The notes under the pieces were generated by a model, which saw only the letters and a list, made by a program, of their open reading frames with translations, had not been told where the DNA came from and did not search any database. This document shows positions 26,904 through 37,000 of a stretch of 64,000 nt of DNA, piece by piece. The position numbers were made by a program, and so were the translations under genes. This DNA is from Prosthecobacter sp. (GTDB lineage: Bacteria > Verrucomicrobiota > Verrucomicrobiia > Verrucomicrobiales > Verrucomicrobiaceae), in NCBI GenBank assembly GCA_017853885.1, contig JAFMIR010000016.1:8990-72989 (forward strand). The letters run 5' to 3'. How positions within the stretch are numbered: position 1 is the first letter of the stretch; the number at the start of each line of letters is the position of its first letter.

Positions 26904-28211
26904 TCACTTGAGCAGCTTCTCGATGGTGGCCTTCATCACTTTCTCCGACTCAGGCGTGGCGTAGGCCTGCGAGGGCTCGTAGCCGCCTTCGATGAAGGAG
27001 TGTTCGAGAGGAATGTAGCCGGTGACGCCATCGCCATAGCTGGCGGTGCAGACGAAAGCGCCGGGGCGCTGTTGTTGCGCAAAGAGTTGATATTCGACGA
27101 AGCTCTCACCGGGCAGGTGCACGAGGCATACGTTATCGCCGAGGTGCAGGCTGGTGAAGGGAATCGGCTCGCGATGCCGGATAAACCCGAGTCGCAATGC
27201 GGCGGTGATGCGCGTGGAGGGTCGCGTTTCGGTGTTTTGGAGCACTTTGACCATGCGCTCCTCGGGGAACTCAGGATCGGGCTGCAAAACGACCGGCGCA
27301 TGTTTCCAAGCGAGCTTGGTGAGTGGGACACGCTTGGCGTTTTGTTCCGAGGAGACCATGGCGGCGTGGATGCGCTCAGCAAGCAAGGGGCGCATGGGCG
27401 GCGTGCCGTCGTTGTATTTGCCCGCACCGATGTTGCCGCCGCAACCGGTAAAGTAGATGTGCGGCACACCATCCTCCTTCGTGCGCTTTTCACGTGCGAT
27501 GCCAACGAAGTCGTGGCTGACAATTCCGTCGCCGTAGTAGCTCATCGGGTGCGTGGCGTAGTAGTGCAGCGCGGCGAGCTTCTTTTCGCCGTTCCAAAAG
27601 CTCACCGTCTTCAAAAACGGATCAATGAGGCCTTCCGGCAGCGCACGCAGTTCAGGGTCCTTGCTGCCACTGCTGCGCATTTTGCCGACTTTGCCGTTGA
27701 TGACTTGCACGCGTCGGTTTCCGGCCACTTCGAGCACTTTGGACTCACCAGTCGAGAGGTGCGTCACGGGCTGTGGAGTCTTCAAGGCGGCTTGGATGGT
27801 TTTCGCGACGCCTTGGAGGGCTTTTTCGGTTGCGGTGGCATCGATGATACCGATTTCAGGGAGGAGTTTCTGCGCCGCGTTGTCCACGAGTGGTGCGTTG
27901 TGCTGATGCAGTGAGTGCAAGGCAACACGCTCGGGTGTGGTAGCGGCGGCTTCAGCCAAAACCTCCCGCCAATGAATGTGATCCGCGCCGCGGATCTCAC
28001 AGAAGTCGATGGCGCAGAGCACGACGGGCTTTTCATCGCTCAAGAGCACGACTCCGAGTGCCAGCAAGGGCTCGCTGACACCGACGGCCGGTTTGACAAG
28101 CCCGCCGCACAGGGGTGCGCCGATGGGTGGCGTGACATCGGCACGAAAAGGCGCGATTTGGATCGCGAGGGCGGAGACGGAGGTGAGAAGGAAGAGCAGC
28201 AGCGCTTTCAT
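26904..28211 (-). CDS. Neutral/alkaline ceramidase-like amidohydrolase (PVC hypothetical family), secreted
   Basis: ADVTPP, HSLHQHNAP, YATHPMS, FTGCGGNI, LPGESFVEY and GYIP...GGYE pattern typical of this fold. Confidence 0.65.
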   Translation of the reverse strand: MKALLLFLLTSVSALAIQIAPFRADVTPPIGAPLCGGLVKPAVGVSEPLLALGVVLLSDEKPVVLCAIDFCEIRGADHIHWREVLAEAAATTPERVALHSLHQHNAPLVDNAAQKLLPEIGIIDATATEKALQGVAKTIQAALKTPQPVTHLSTGESKVLEVAGNRRVQVINGKVGKMRSSGSKDPELRALPEGLIDPFLKTVSFWNGEKKLAALHYYATHPMSYYGDGIVSHDFVGIAREKRTKEDGVPHIYFTGCGGNIGAGKYNDGTPPMRPLLAERIHAAMVSSEQNAKRVPLTKLAWKHAPVVLQPDPEFPEERMVKVLQNTETRPSTRITAALRLGFIRHREPIPFTSLHLGDNVCLVHLPGESFVEYQLFAQQQRPGAFVCTASYGDGVTGYIPLEHSFIEGGYEPSQAYATPESEKVMKATIEKLLK

Positions 28212-29950
28212 TTCATCAATACGCTGCGAATCACCGGAACGAGCAATTCAGCGACGAGTTCGTGGCCGAGATCGCCGGGGTGCATGCCATCGAGGAGCAT
28301 GCTGCTGATGAAGGTCTTCTTTTTCGCGGCGAAGTCGGGATAGGCGGCGTGGACATCGATGAGGGGCACGTTCAGCTCTTTGGCGAGCGCGCGTAGGGCG
28401 TCGTTGTAGGCGAGGAGGGTGGGCGATTCAAATCCGGCCTCGGCATCCGGTTTGTAGGGGGGCTTGCCGTAGAGTTCGCGGGTCTTTGAGTGCCAGCGGA
28501 GCGGGTTGGTGGTCATGAGGATGACCTTGGCCCCGGCTTTTTGCGTCGCGGCGATCATGCGGCGGTAGTTGGTGATGAAAGCTTCTTTGCTCACGCGGGG
28601 GTCAGTGGCTGGGGGATTCTTCCAAACGTCGATGGCGCTGTCGTTGATGCCGAACTGCATGACGACGAGGCGCGGCTTGTAGGCGAGCACATCGGTTTGC
28701 AGGCGTTTGGCGGCCTGCGTGGTGGTATTGCTGGGGACTCCGGCGTTGTAAACGCTGAGGCTGGAGCCGATGCTCTGGAGCATCGTGTTCACGCGGTCGG
28801 CATACACTTTCACGCTGCCGCGAGGCGCGGTGGTGCTGTCGCCAAACATGAAGATGCCGCCGGGCTTGGGCACGGACTTCGGTGGCGGCACGAAGACGGG
28901 GATTTCGCCTGCAGCGAGGTCGGCGGTGTTCACTTTCATGCGCAGACCGCCTTGCATGGTGGTGATCCAGAGCTCGCCGGGCTTGCTTTCGTATAGATAA
29001 GGGTAGGAGACGCGACCTGCGGGTGCGTAGTTTGCGGCGACGATGACGGGTTTGCTCCACGAGGCCGTTTCATCGCTGGAAAAGGCAAGCGAGAGTTCGG
29101 CGCGGCTGCTGCTGTTGCTTGGGCTGTGGCGCGGTGGTGCGTTCCAAAGCAGCGCGATGCGGCCATCGGCTAGGCGGGCCATTTGCGGGCAACAGGTGAC
29201 GGATTGAATCGTGGTTTGCTTGAGGCCGGTCCATTTGAGGCCGTCTTTGGAAGTCGCTTCCCAAAGGAAGCCGGACTCGGTGCGCAGCAGGAGGTAGAGC
29301 GAGCCATCGGCAAGCTCGATGACGCTGCCTTCGATGCTGCCGGCGTGGTCGTGCACGCCGATGCCGTAATCGAGCACATCGCCGCGTTGCCATGATTTGC
29401 CGAGATCATCGGAAACCCACATCACAGTGGCGTGACGCCACTGCGGGATGATTTCCTGGCCGACAAGTACGAGGCGGCCGCTTTTCATCTGGATGAGCGA
29501 GTGAATGCAACCACACCACGGATCGCTGAGCTTCACGGGCGCTTCCCACGTCTTGCCATCATCGGTGCTGCGGCAGGTGTAGGTGGGCAGGATGAAGTCG
29601 GTCCACTTCGCGCTCGACTCGCCCCAATGCCAGCCCTTGGGTGCCCGGCGCTCCGCGCCGTTCATCCATGCGGAGATGATGATGCCCTCTTTGGTGCGGA
29701 GTAGAGCGCGTTCGTTGCTGACGGAGAACTTCGCCGGATCGGCAAATAGTGGCGAACTCGTCCATGTGTGGCCGTCATCGACGCTGCGTAGAGCGTTTTT
29801 GTTGTCGATGCATAGCACGCCACCTTCTGCGGTGGTCACAAAGGGGCCTTGATGCGTGTGCGGGAGAGTGGATGCCTTCGGATGCAAAACGGGTGAATCG
29901 GCGGCGTAGGCGCTGCTGATGATCCCGAAGAAGACGAGGAGTGCTTTCAT
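28208..29950 (-). CDS. BNR/Asp-box sialidase-fold protein fused to an SGNH/GDSL esterase
   Basis: Asp-boxes SVDDGHTW, STDDGKTW, SDDLGKSW and SSDETASW; SGNH blocks FGDSTT, GVPSNT, FGINDS and DGMHP. Confidence 0.88.
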   Translation of the reverse strand: MKALLVFFGIISSAYAADSPVLHPKASTLPHTHQGPFVTTAEGGVLCIDNKNALRSVDDGHTWTSSPLFADPAKFSVSNERALLRTKEGIIISAWMNGAERRAPKGWHWGESSAKWTDFILPTYTCRSTDDGKTWEAPVKLSDPWCGCIHSLIQMKSGRLVLVGQEIIPQWRHATVMWVSDDLGKSWQRGDVLDYGIGVHDHAGSIEGSVIELADGSLYLLLRTESGFLWEATSKDGLKWTGLKQTTIQSVTCCPQMARLADGRIALLWNAPPRHSPSNSSSRAELSLAFSSDETASWSKPVIVAANYAPAGRVSYPYLYESKPGELWITTMQGGLRMKVNTADLAAGEIPVFVPPPKSVPKPGGIFMFGDSTTAPRGSVKVYADRVNTMLQSIGSSLSVYNAGVPSNTTTQAAKRLQTDVLAYKPRLVVMQFGINDSAIDVWKNPPATDPRVSKEAFITNYRRMIAATQKAGAKVILMTTNPLRWHSKTRELYGKPPYKPDAEAGFESPTLLAYNDALRALAKELNVPLIDVHAAYPDFAAKKKTFISSMLLDGMHPGDLGHELVAELLVPVIRSVLMK

Positions 29951-29973
29951 GCAGCAACTATATCACCGTCCGC

Positions 29974-30789
29974 TTAGTAGGTTTTGCCATTGAGGCTTTT
30001 GTTGTTCGTGGCGGCAGCTCCGAGCAATTCATCAAAGTCGGCGGCACATTGCGTAAAGTGCGCGTGAAGCGCACCGAACTCGCTGCCATGCACCACAAAG
30101 CGGGCTCCAAGGTCGATGATGGCTTTTGCATCCGAGACAGTGCCCACCGGGCGGCCCCATGCCTTGCCATGTTTCTGACAGGCAGCGGCAATTTGGCGCT
30201 GTACATTCAGCATGACAGGATCACCCACGGCGGGCGAACAGCCGAGACGCAGGGACATATCACCAGGTCCGAGAAAGAGAACCTCCACGCCAGGAGCGGC
30301 GGCGATGGCTTCGACGTTTTCCAATGCCTCGGGTGTTTCGATTTGCACCACGAGGAAACTCTCGCGGTTCGCTTGATCGGTGTAGTCATTCGGCTTCCCA
30401 ATCCAGTAGTCCGCATCCCGTCCACCACCGCAGAAACCCCGATCTCCAATCGGCGGAAACTTGATGGCATTGACAAGCGTGCGGGCCTCCTCCGCGTTGG
30501 CAACATGCGGGATCATCAAACCCGCCGCGCCGTCCTCAAGCAGCCGACAGAGACTGGTTTTTTCTTTGGTCACTGCCCGCCAAACGCAGTCGATGTCCGC
30601 AGCATGATGCCGGCCGATCATCGTTTCCACCTCACGTGGATCCCAAACGCGATGCTCAGCATCAACCCAGACGCCATCATAGTGAAAGTGGGCGGCGATG
30701 GTAGGAAGAAAGGCGATGGGGGATCCGGTGGCACAAATGCGTGCTACTTGGCCAGAGCGAAGCTTAGCGAGGACTTTGGAGCGTCTCAT
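29974..30789 (-). CDS. HpcH/HpaI family class II (pyruvate) aldolase
   Basis: WVDAEH, GLMIPHV, FPPIGDRG, VVQIET and LFLGPGDMS motifs. Confidence 0.9.
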   Translation of the reverse strand: MRRSKVLAKLRSGQVARICATGSPIAFLPTIAAHFHYDGVWVDAEHRVWDPREVETMIGRHHAADIDCVWRAVTKEKTSLCRLLEDGAAGLMIPHVANAEEARTLVNAIKFPPIGDRGFCGGGRDADYWIGKPNDYTDQANRESFLVVQIETPEALENVEAIAAAPGVEVLFLGPGDMSLRLGCSPAVGDPVMLNVQRQIAAACQKHGKAWGRPVGTVSDAKAIIDLGARFVVHGSEFGALHAHFTQCAADFDELLGAAATNNKSLNGKTY

Positions 30790-30835
30790 GAAAGATGAAG
30801 GACATTGGAGGAGAGCACTTCAGCTAAGGAAAGGG

Positions 30836-31933
30836 TTATTTCTGTAGCAACCCATCGAGTGGGATGCGGCGAATGCGCAGGCGATTGAGGGCTCCAACCT
30901 TGCTATCCCCTGCGCAGTAGGCAATGAGCAGAGCGTTGTCGATGAAATGAATGGCGGTGTAATGATAAACGCCGTCGGGATCGCCTTCGATGAGTTGGCG
31001 AATGGGCCACGTCTCTCCGCCATCGTTTGAAAGAGCGGCGATCAAGGGATTGCGTTTCTTCGGAGGGAACGGGAAGCGACCAGAGTGGTCGTTGTAGATG
31101 GCGAGGAGATCCCCGCTTCCGGGCAGGCGCTTGATGCTGGCGGGGCCGTTCGGAGATTTCAGCTCGGTGGGCTTAGGCGGTGTGAAGGTCCTGCCCGCAT
31201 CCGTGGAGCGGAAGCCGTACTGCGCCCCCTGATCGGTGCGGCACCACGAGAAGAGCGAGCCATCGGCGAGCTCGACGACACCGGGCTCCTGCAAACCACT
31301 GCTGCTCCGCACGGGCATGGCCCACCACGTGGATGATTCGCTCCAAGTCTCACCCTCATCATCGGAACAGAGCCAGGTGGCGATGGCACGGGCATCCCAC
31401 GATTGGCTGGTGTGCGGATCCGTGCCGCGTGAGCGATGAAAAGCGAGCGGAACGATGAGGCGGCCTTTTGCGGTCTGGATGACGCGGTCGTTGTTTAAGA
31501 CGAAGTAGCCGGGCGCTCGCTGAATGAGCTTCGGTTCGGTCCAAGTCTCGCCATCATCGGTGGACATGCGCATGTGCGGACGGCAGTCAATCCAACTGTT
31601 TTTGATGCAGTAAAACATCGCCAGTTTGCCACTTGCCAGGCGTAGCAACGAGACGCTCATAACATTGTTGCCCGCGGTGTTTTCCAAGACGGTGACGGGC
31701 GTGCTCCAGGTGCGTCCTTGATCATCGGAATGGATCTTCACGAGGCGTGCGGGGCTCTCATCGCCATGGCCGCCATAGAATTGGGAGTAGATGAAGAGGA
31801 TACGGCCGGACTTCAGCGTAGCGAAGGAACCTTCAGAGTTGCGTGGGTGCTCCTTCGAGGGCTCGACATTGAGCGTGACGAGACTCTCCGCAGGCAAGGC
31901 TAGGCTTAAAAGAAGGAAGAGCAGTGTTTTCAT
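30836..31933 (-). CDS. Sialidase-family (BNR repeat) protein, secreted
   Basis: Five Asp-boxes (SDDQGRTW, STDDGETW, SDDEGETW, STDAGRTF, SNDGGETW), plus RNSEG, QEPGVVEL and YHY. Confidence 0.88.
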   Translation of the reverse strand: MKTLLFLLLSLALPAESLVTLNVEPSKEHPRNSEGSFATLKSGRILFIYSQFYGGHGDESPARLVKIHSDDQGRTWSTPVTVLENTAGNNVMSVSLLRLASGKLAMFYCIKNSWIDCRPHMRMSTDDGETWTEPKLIQRAPGYFVLNNDRVIQTAKGRLIVPLAFHRSRGTDPHTSQSWDARAIATWLCSDDEGETWSESSTWWAMPVRSSSGLQEPGVVELADGSLFSWCRTDQGAQYGFRSTDAGRTFTPPKPTELKSPNGPASIKRLPGSGDLLAIYNDHSGRFPFPPKKRNPLIAALSNDGGETWPIRQLIEGDPDGVYHYTAIHFIDNALLIAYCAGDSKVGALNRLRIRRIPLDGLLQK

Positions 31934-31948
31934 GATTTCGATACGCAT

Positions 31949-32719
31949 TCACCAGATGGTCCATCCACCATCAACGGCGAGATTTTGGCCCGTGATGAAG
32001 CTGGCGGCATCGCTAAGCAAAAAAACCACGGCACCAGCGATCTCGGATGACTGACCTACACGACCCAACGGCACTTTTTGGGCCAAGCGGTCGATGAAGG
32101 CGGGTTGGGTGGCTTGGACGGCAGGATTGGGGAAGGGTCCTGGGCTGATGGCATTGCAGCGCACACCGCGCGGACCGTAGTGCACGGCGAGGTAACGTGC
32201 GAGCTGTTGGATGCCTGCTTTGCCGACGCCGTATTCGACAGGATTGGGATTCATCGGCGCCTCATACAGGCGCGGGTCTGGTGAGACGGAACCATACATG
32301 CTAGAAAAAAGCACGATGCTGCCGCTTCCGCGGCTTGCCATGGCATTTCCAATCGCACGGGCGAGTGTGAAAGTGGCGGTGAGGTTTCCATGACTTGCCT
32401 GATCAAAATCGGCGGCGCTGAGGTCATCGAATGTCTTTGCCGTGGAGGAGTAAGTCATCACGACTAGACCATGCGGCACTCCTCGTGCCGCGGTTTGGTT
32501 GGAGACGAATGCCTCGAGCGCCAGAGTGTCTGAGGCGTCTAGACTCACGGTTGAAGTTAGCGGGCCAAAACCGGCCTCCGAAGCTTTTGCTCCCAGATCG
32601 GCACACAAGACACGTGCTTGCATAAGTTCGAGCGCGTTTACCACCGAAGAGCCGAGATAGCCCGCGCCACCGATGATCCAGATGTCGCGGTTTTCGAGAG
32701 AGAAGAGTGAATCGCTCAT
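31949..32719 (-). CDS. SDR family oxidoreductase
   Basis: GGAGYLG Rossmann motif, SSMYG, YGVGK (YxxxK), NAISPG and ITGQNLAVDGG. Confidence 0.92.
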   Translation of the reverse strand: MSDSLFSLENRDIWIIGGAGYLGSSVVNALELMQARVLCADLGAKASEAGFGPLTSTVSLDASDTLALEAFVSNQTAARGVPHGLVVMTYSSTAKTFDDLSAADFDQASHGNLTATFTLARAIGNAMASRGSGSIVLFSSMYGSVSPDPRLYEAPMNPNPVEYGVGKAGIQQLARYLAVHYGPRGVRCNAISPGPFPNPAVQATQPAFIDRLAQKVPLGRVGQSSEIAGAVVFLLSDAASFITGQNLAVDGGWTIW

Positions 32720-32787
32720 GCGTTGGATTCTGTTTGCGATGAGGCTGGAGACGAGCCTTTACTCGTGGTCCCTCTCGGGCACCACTC

Positions 32788-33876
32788 ATGAAAACACGCG
32801 TCTCCACCGCACTCAAGCTGCCACAAAGGCAGTCTCTTGTGACACAAACGGTCGAAAGCCTACGCGAAGGTTTGGAGAAGGGACATTGGGAAGGTCATCT
32901 GCCGGGGGAGCGCGAATTGTGCGAGGCGTTGCAAGTGAGCCGACGCACGCTCAGGGCTGCCTTGGAGGATTTGCAACGCCAAGGATGGCTGGAGGTGAGC
33001 GGTCGACAGAGGCGCAAAATCCAGCAGGCACCCAAGGTACCACGCCATGCAAAGACCACCAAAATCATCGGCATCTTGAACTCCGCCTCGTTTCTGAACA
33101 TACCGCCACACATTGCCTATGTGATGGATACGCTGCGGAGCAAACTGACCGCAGCTGGCTATGCAGTGAGGGTGTATGCACAACCCGGATGCTACACAGC
33201 CAGTCCGGCCCGTGCTTTGGAAAAGTTTTTTTCTGAGCATGCAGCTACGGCTTGGGTGGTGCTGAGTGCGGAGCTTCCCATGCAGCGCTGGCTGGCGGCC
33301 AAGGGCCTGCCCTGCTTTTTGATGGGATCACCAGGTAAAGGCATCTCCCTGCCCTCGCTTGACATGGATTTTCACGCGGCATGCCATCACGCGGGCACGA
33401 TGCTCTGGCGCAAGGGGCACCGGCGCATCGCATTTGTGGTGCCAAAAGGCCAGTATGGAGGTGACATCGCCAGCGAAGAGGGACTGCGTTCCGCATTGTC
33501 GAGCCTGCCGGGCACAAAACTGCGCGTGTTGCGTCATGACACTACCGTGCCAAACCTTTGCCGCATCCTCGACGATGCCCTGCGCGGACCCGATGCTCCC
33601 AGCGCTTTCTTTGTGGCCCGCCCATCGTTCGTGATCACGACGATGATGCACCTGATGCGCCGTGGAAAGCGCATCCCGCAAGATGTGGCCGTCCTCTCCC
33701 GTGACAACGACCCGACCCTCGACGCCACTACGCCCACGATCTGCCGATATGGCGTCGAGCCGCGGCAGCTTGCCTCACGCGTGGTTTTGGCCGTGCGACA
33801 ACTGGCGGAGAACGGATCCGCAGCCTCTGGAAGCGTGAAGCTTATGCCCAGTTACATGCCAGGAGAGACGGTATGA
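32788..33876 (+). CDS. GntR-HTH / LacI-type sugar-binding-domain transcriptional regulator
   Basis: LPGERELCEALQVSRRTLRAAL wHTH, then a periplasmic-binding-like effector domain (RIPQDVAVL). Confidence 0.9.
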   Translation: MKTRVSTALKLPQRQSLVTQTVESLREGLEKGHWEGHLPGERELCEALQVSRRTLRAALEDLQRQGWLEVSGRQRRKIQQAPKVPRHAKTTKIIGILNSASFLNIPPHIAYVMDTLRSKLTAAGYAVRVYAQPGCYTASPARALEKFFSEHAATAWVVLSAELPMQRWLAAKGLPCFLMGSPGKGISLPSLDMDFHAACHHAGTMLWRKGHRRIAFVVPKGQYGGDIASEEGLRSALSSLPGTKLRVLRHDTTVPNLCRILDDALRGPDAPSAFFVARPSFVITTMMHLMRRGKRIPQDVAVLSRDNDPTLDATTPTICRYGVEPRQLASRVVLAVRQLAENGSAASGSVKLMPSYMPGETV

Positions 33877-34047
33877 GAAAGTCCGCCTTGCTACTTTTCA
33901 AGGCCGCCAAAGAGCTTTCTTGTGATTCGCAGTAGCAGAACGCGTCTTTGGCCGTGTCGGCGTAGCGAATTGGACAGCATCTGTCCCTCGCCAGCTGTTG
34001 GGTGAAGGATTGGAAAGCAAAGGCTTGGCGTGAGGATGGAGGCGGGT

Positions 34048-37000
34048 ATGATCGGTGGTGTGAAGCGAAAAAATCCGGGACTGGCTTATCATCTTCGCTG
34101 CCTCGCGGCGGCGGCGTTGGTTGTTTCGGTGGATGGTCAAAACGCGCCAAAGCCGTGGTTGGAGCGGGACACGAGGCTGGCAAATGAGTATCTCTCACTG
34201 CTCGTGCAGCAACCGGAGTATGGTCGCGTGATCGAACTGCTTTGGACGCTGTATGAGAAGCATGAGTCCACGAAGCTGCTCGTTGAGAATGTGGCGGCAC
34301 AGGCGGCTTCTTCGAAACATCCGAGCGTTCTTTTGGTGCATGGGCATCTGCTGCGGCGTGCCGGTGACCTGAAGGCGGCGGCGACAAAGTATGACGAGGT
34401 GCTCAAGCTGGATGTGGCGAACGTGTTTGCGATACGGAGCCGTGCGGATGTGGCGGTGGATCTGAAGAAGCCAGAGGAGGCGTTGGAGTTATTGAAGCGT
34501 CTGGCGGAAACATCGGCCGAAACGGCAGTGTGGATCGAGATTGGCAATCTCTCGTTGGGTATCGGCAAGAATGCTGAGGCCGCTGAGGCATGGGAAAAAG
34601 CGGCGCGGATGCAGCCGGAAGATTTTACTCTAGCACGGCAGGTGGCGCAGTTGCTCCTACAAGCGGGTTTTCCGGAGCGTGCGGCTGCCTTTTTCTCAAA
34701 GCTGGCGGATCAAAAGGACCCGCAGCGACGCCTCGATGCGCTTTACGATCTTGCTCGCATTTACGAGCACGCAGACCAGTTCGCGGCCGCAGATCGGACG
34801 CTACGTGACGGGCTGGTGTTGCTGCATTTTCGCGACGGTCGCTACTTCGATTTCTTTCGCCGTCGCGTTCGGCTGCATGAGCGCTTTGGCATGCTGGACG
34901 ATTTGCAAAAGGCGCTGTTGGCCGCCGCAAAGGCGCAACCGCCCTCTGAGCAGGCGTTGTGGGATGCCACGCGTTTTTTTGATCTCACGGTGGACGTGGA
35001 TGAACAGGTGAAATGGCTGCGAGAGCTGGTGAAGACCGTACCGCAGGTAGAAGACTATCGCTGGGAGCTGGTGCGGGCCTTGCTCGACCATGAAGGCGCA
35101 GCGGAGGCTGCGAAGCTGCTCGATGAACGGCTCAAAAACGATGGCAGCGACCTGCCATCTTTGGTCATGCTTCGCTGTGAGGCGGACCTGCGCGGCGGTG
35201 ATTCGCAGGCGGCGGTGGCGCGGCTGGTGAAGCTGCTCGAGGCGCAGACGACTGTGGAGGCGGAGAAGCAGGTGCTGGTGTTTGCTCAGACGCGGTCACT
35301 CGATGTGGTGATTGAAAAGATCCTTCGCGGCCGCGTGGATCGTGATCCGCAGAAGACAGAGGCGGTCTTCGAACTGGCGGCTTACTATCGGGCGCGGCGT
35401 GATGCGGTGGCGGAGGACAAGCTTCTGCGTGAGTTTACCAGCGGCGCGGCTACCGATGTGGAAAGGCAGAAACGCCTCGGCGATGCGGCGGCCTTTCTCG
35501 CCTCTAGCAACAATCTCGACAGCGCCATCATGCTCGCCCGTGAGTCAGTGGCAAAGCCTGACGCGGGTCGTGACGCTTGGCTGAGGCTCGCCGATTTGCT
35601 GGCGGAGCAGGGTGACAATGACGAGGCAGCCGAGTGGATCGAAAAAGCCTGGTTGGCTAGCACGACGGACGAGGAACGCATCGACACGGATGAGCGTCTG
35701 TTTTCGATTTTGATGGGGGGCAAGGATGAAACGGCGAAAAAGGGCGGGAAGCCTGCCGAGTTTACTCTGCCGAATGCGTTCACCGGAGCCGGCTTTGGCT
35801 CGGATGAGCCTGAAAACCCGGAACAAAAAAAATTTCCCGAAGCGGTTGAGGAGAAGGCTCGCAAGCTGGCGGCTGCCGCAGGAAGAGGGAACGATGCAGA
35901 ACGCTTCCGAGCGCTCTGGTGGGCAGTGCGCGCCCAGCACACGGATGAGGGTTACGCCATTCTGCGAGGACTGGAATTCGATGCGAAAGGTCGGCCGAGG
36001 CCGCTCTCAGCCGCAGCGGAGCAGTTGAAGCTGGATCTGGCCGTGGTGGATGAAAACTTGGCGCTGCAGGAGCGGCAGCTGAAGCGTCTGATCGAGAGCG
36101 ATGCGGCGGGTCGTGTGCGTCATACGCTGCGTTTGAGCGAGCTGCTGCTCGAGAGCGAGCGCCGGTCCACGGCAGAGGTCGGCGGCGCGGGTTGGCGCAT
36201 GATGGGCAGTTCGCCCGTGCAGGGTTTGATGGCGGCGAAGCTGCTGGAGCGTGCTCAGCGCGAGATGCCAGACTCCGAGCCGATCCTTTCCGCGCTGACG
36301 CAGGTCTATTTGCTGCAACGCCGAACGGAGGATGTGCTGGCGCTTTGGAAGCAGGCAGTGAAACAAGCGGAGGGTGCCACCGTAGCTGCATTGATGGAGC
36401 GGCATGCAGACCTGTTACTACGCTTGAACCGTCTTGAAGATTTTGTGCAGACGCAGGCGCTGATTTTGGAGCGTGAGACAGACATTAAACGGCGTCGAGA
36501 AATGCTCGGACGCTGCGTGGATCGGTTGACCTTCTCCGATGCGAACGGGGGGGAGCTGGCACCGAATGTGATCAAGGACCGCCTGCGTCTTGTTGAAAAA
36601 GCGCTCCGCAGCCTTTTGCAGCGTCACCCGTTCGACGGCTTCTATCACGAGGCGCTGGCGATGGTGGCGGAGCGTCAGGGCGATCATGCGACGGCCTTTG
36701 CGAGCATGAAGCAAGCGTATTACACCGCGCCGGAGACGCCGTTCTCGCTCGCCCAGCTTCGCGAGGCAGCGCTGAAGGTGGGCGATCTGAAATCCGCGAT
36801 CTATTTTCAGAGGCAGATCGCCGCTGCATCTCCGCCACAGGAGCTGGCAGCGGAGTCTAGGCGCTTGGTCGAGCTGTTGGAGCAGACATTTCAAATCGAC
36901 GAGGCGGATCGGGTGCGGCGTCGCCTGGAGAGTCGCTTCTCGCAGGATGTGAAGGCGCTCAACGAACTGGCAAGGCACTATCAAACGACCGGCCAAGACG

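Noticed and set aside
28561-28572. ops-like GGCGGTAGTT sequence
   Set aside because: It is inside a CDS, on the template strand of that gene and far from any operon leader.
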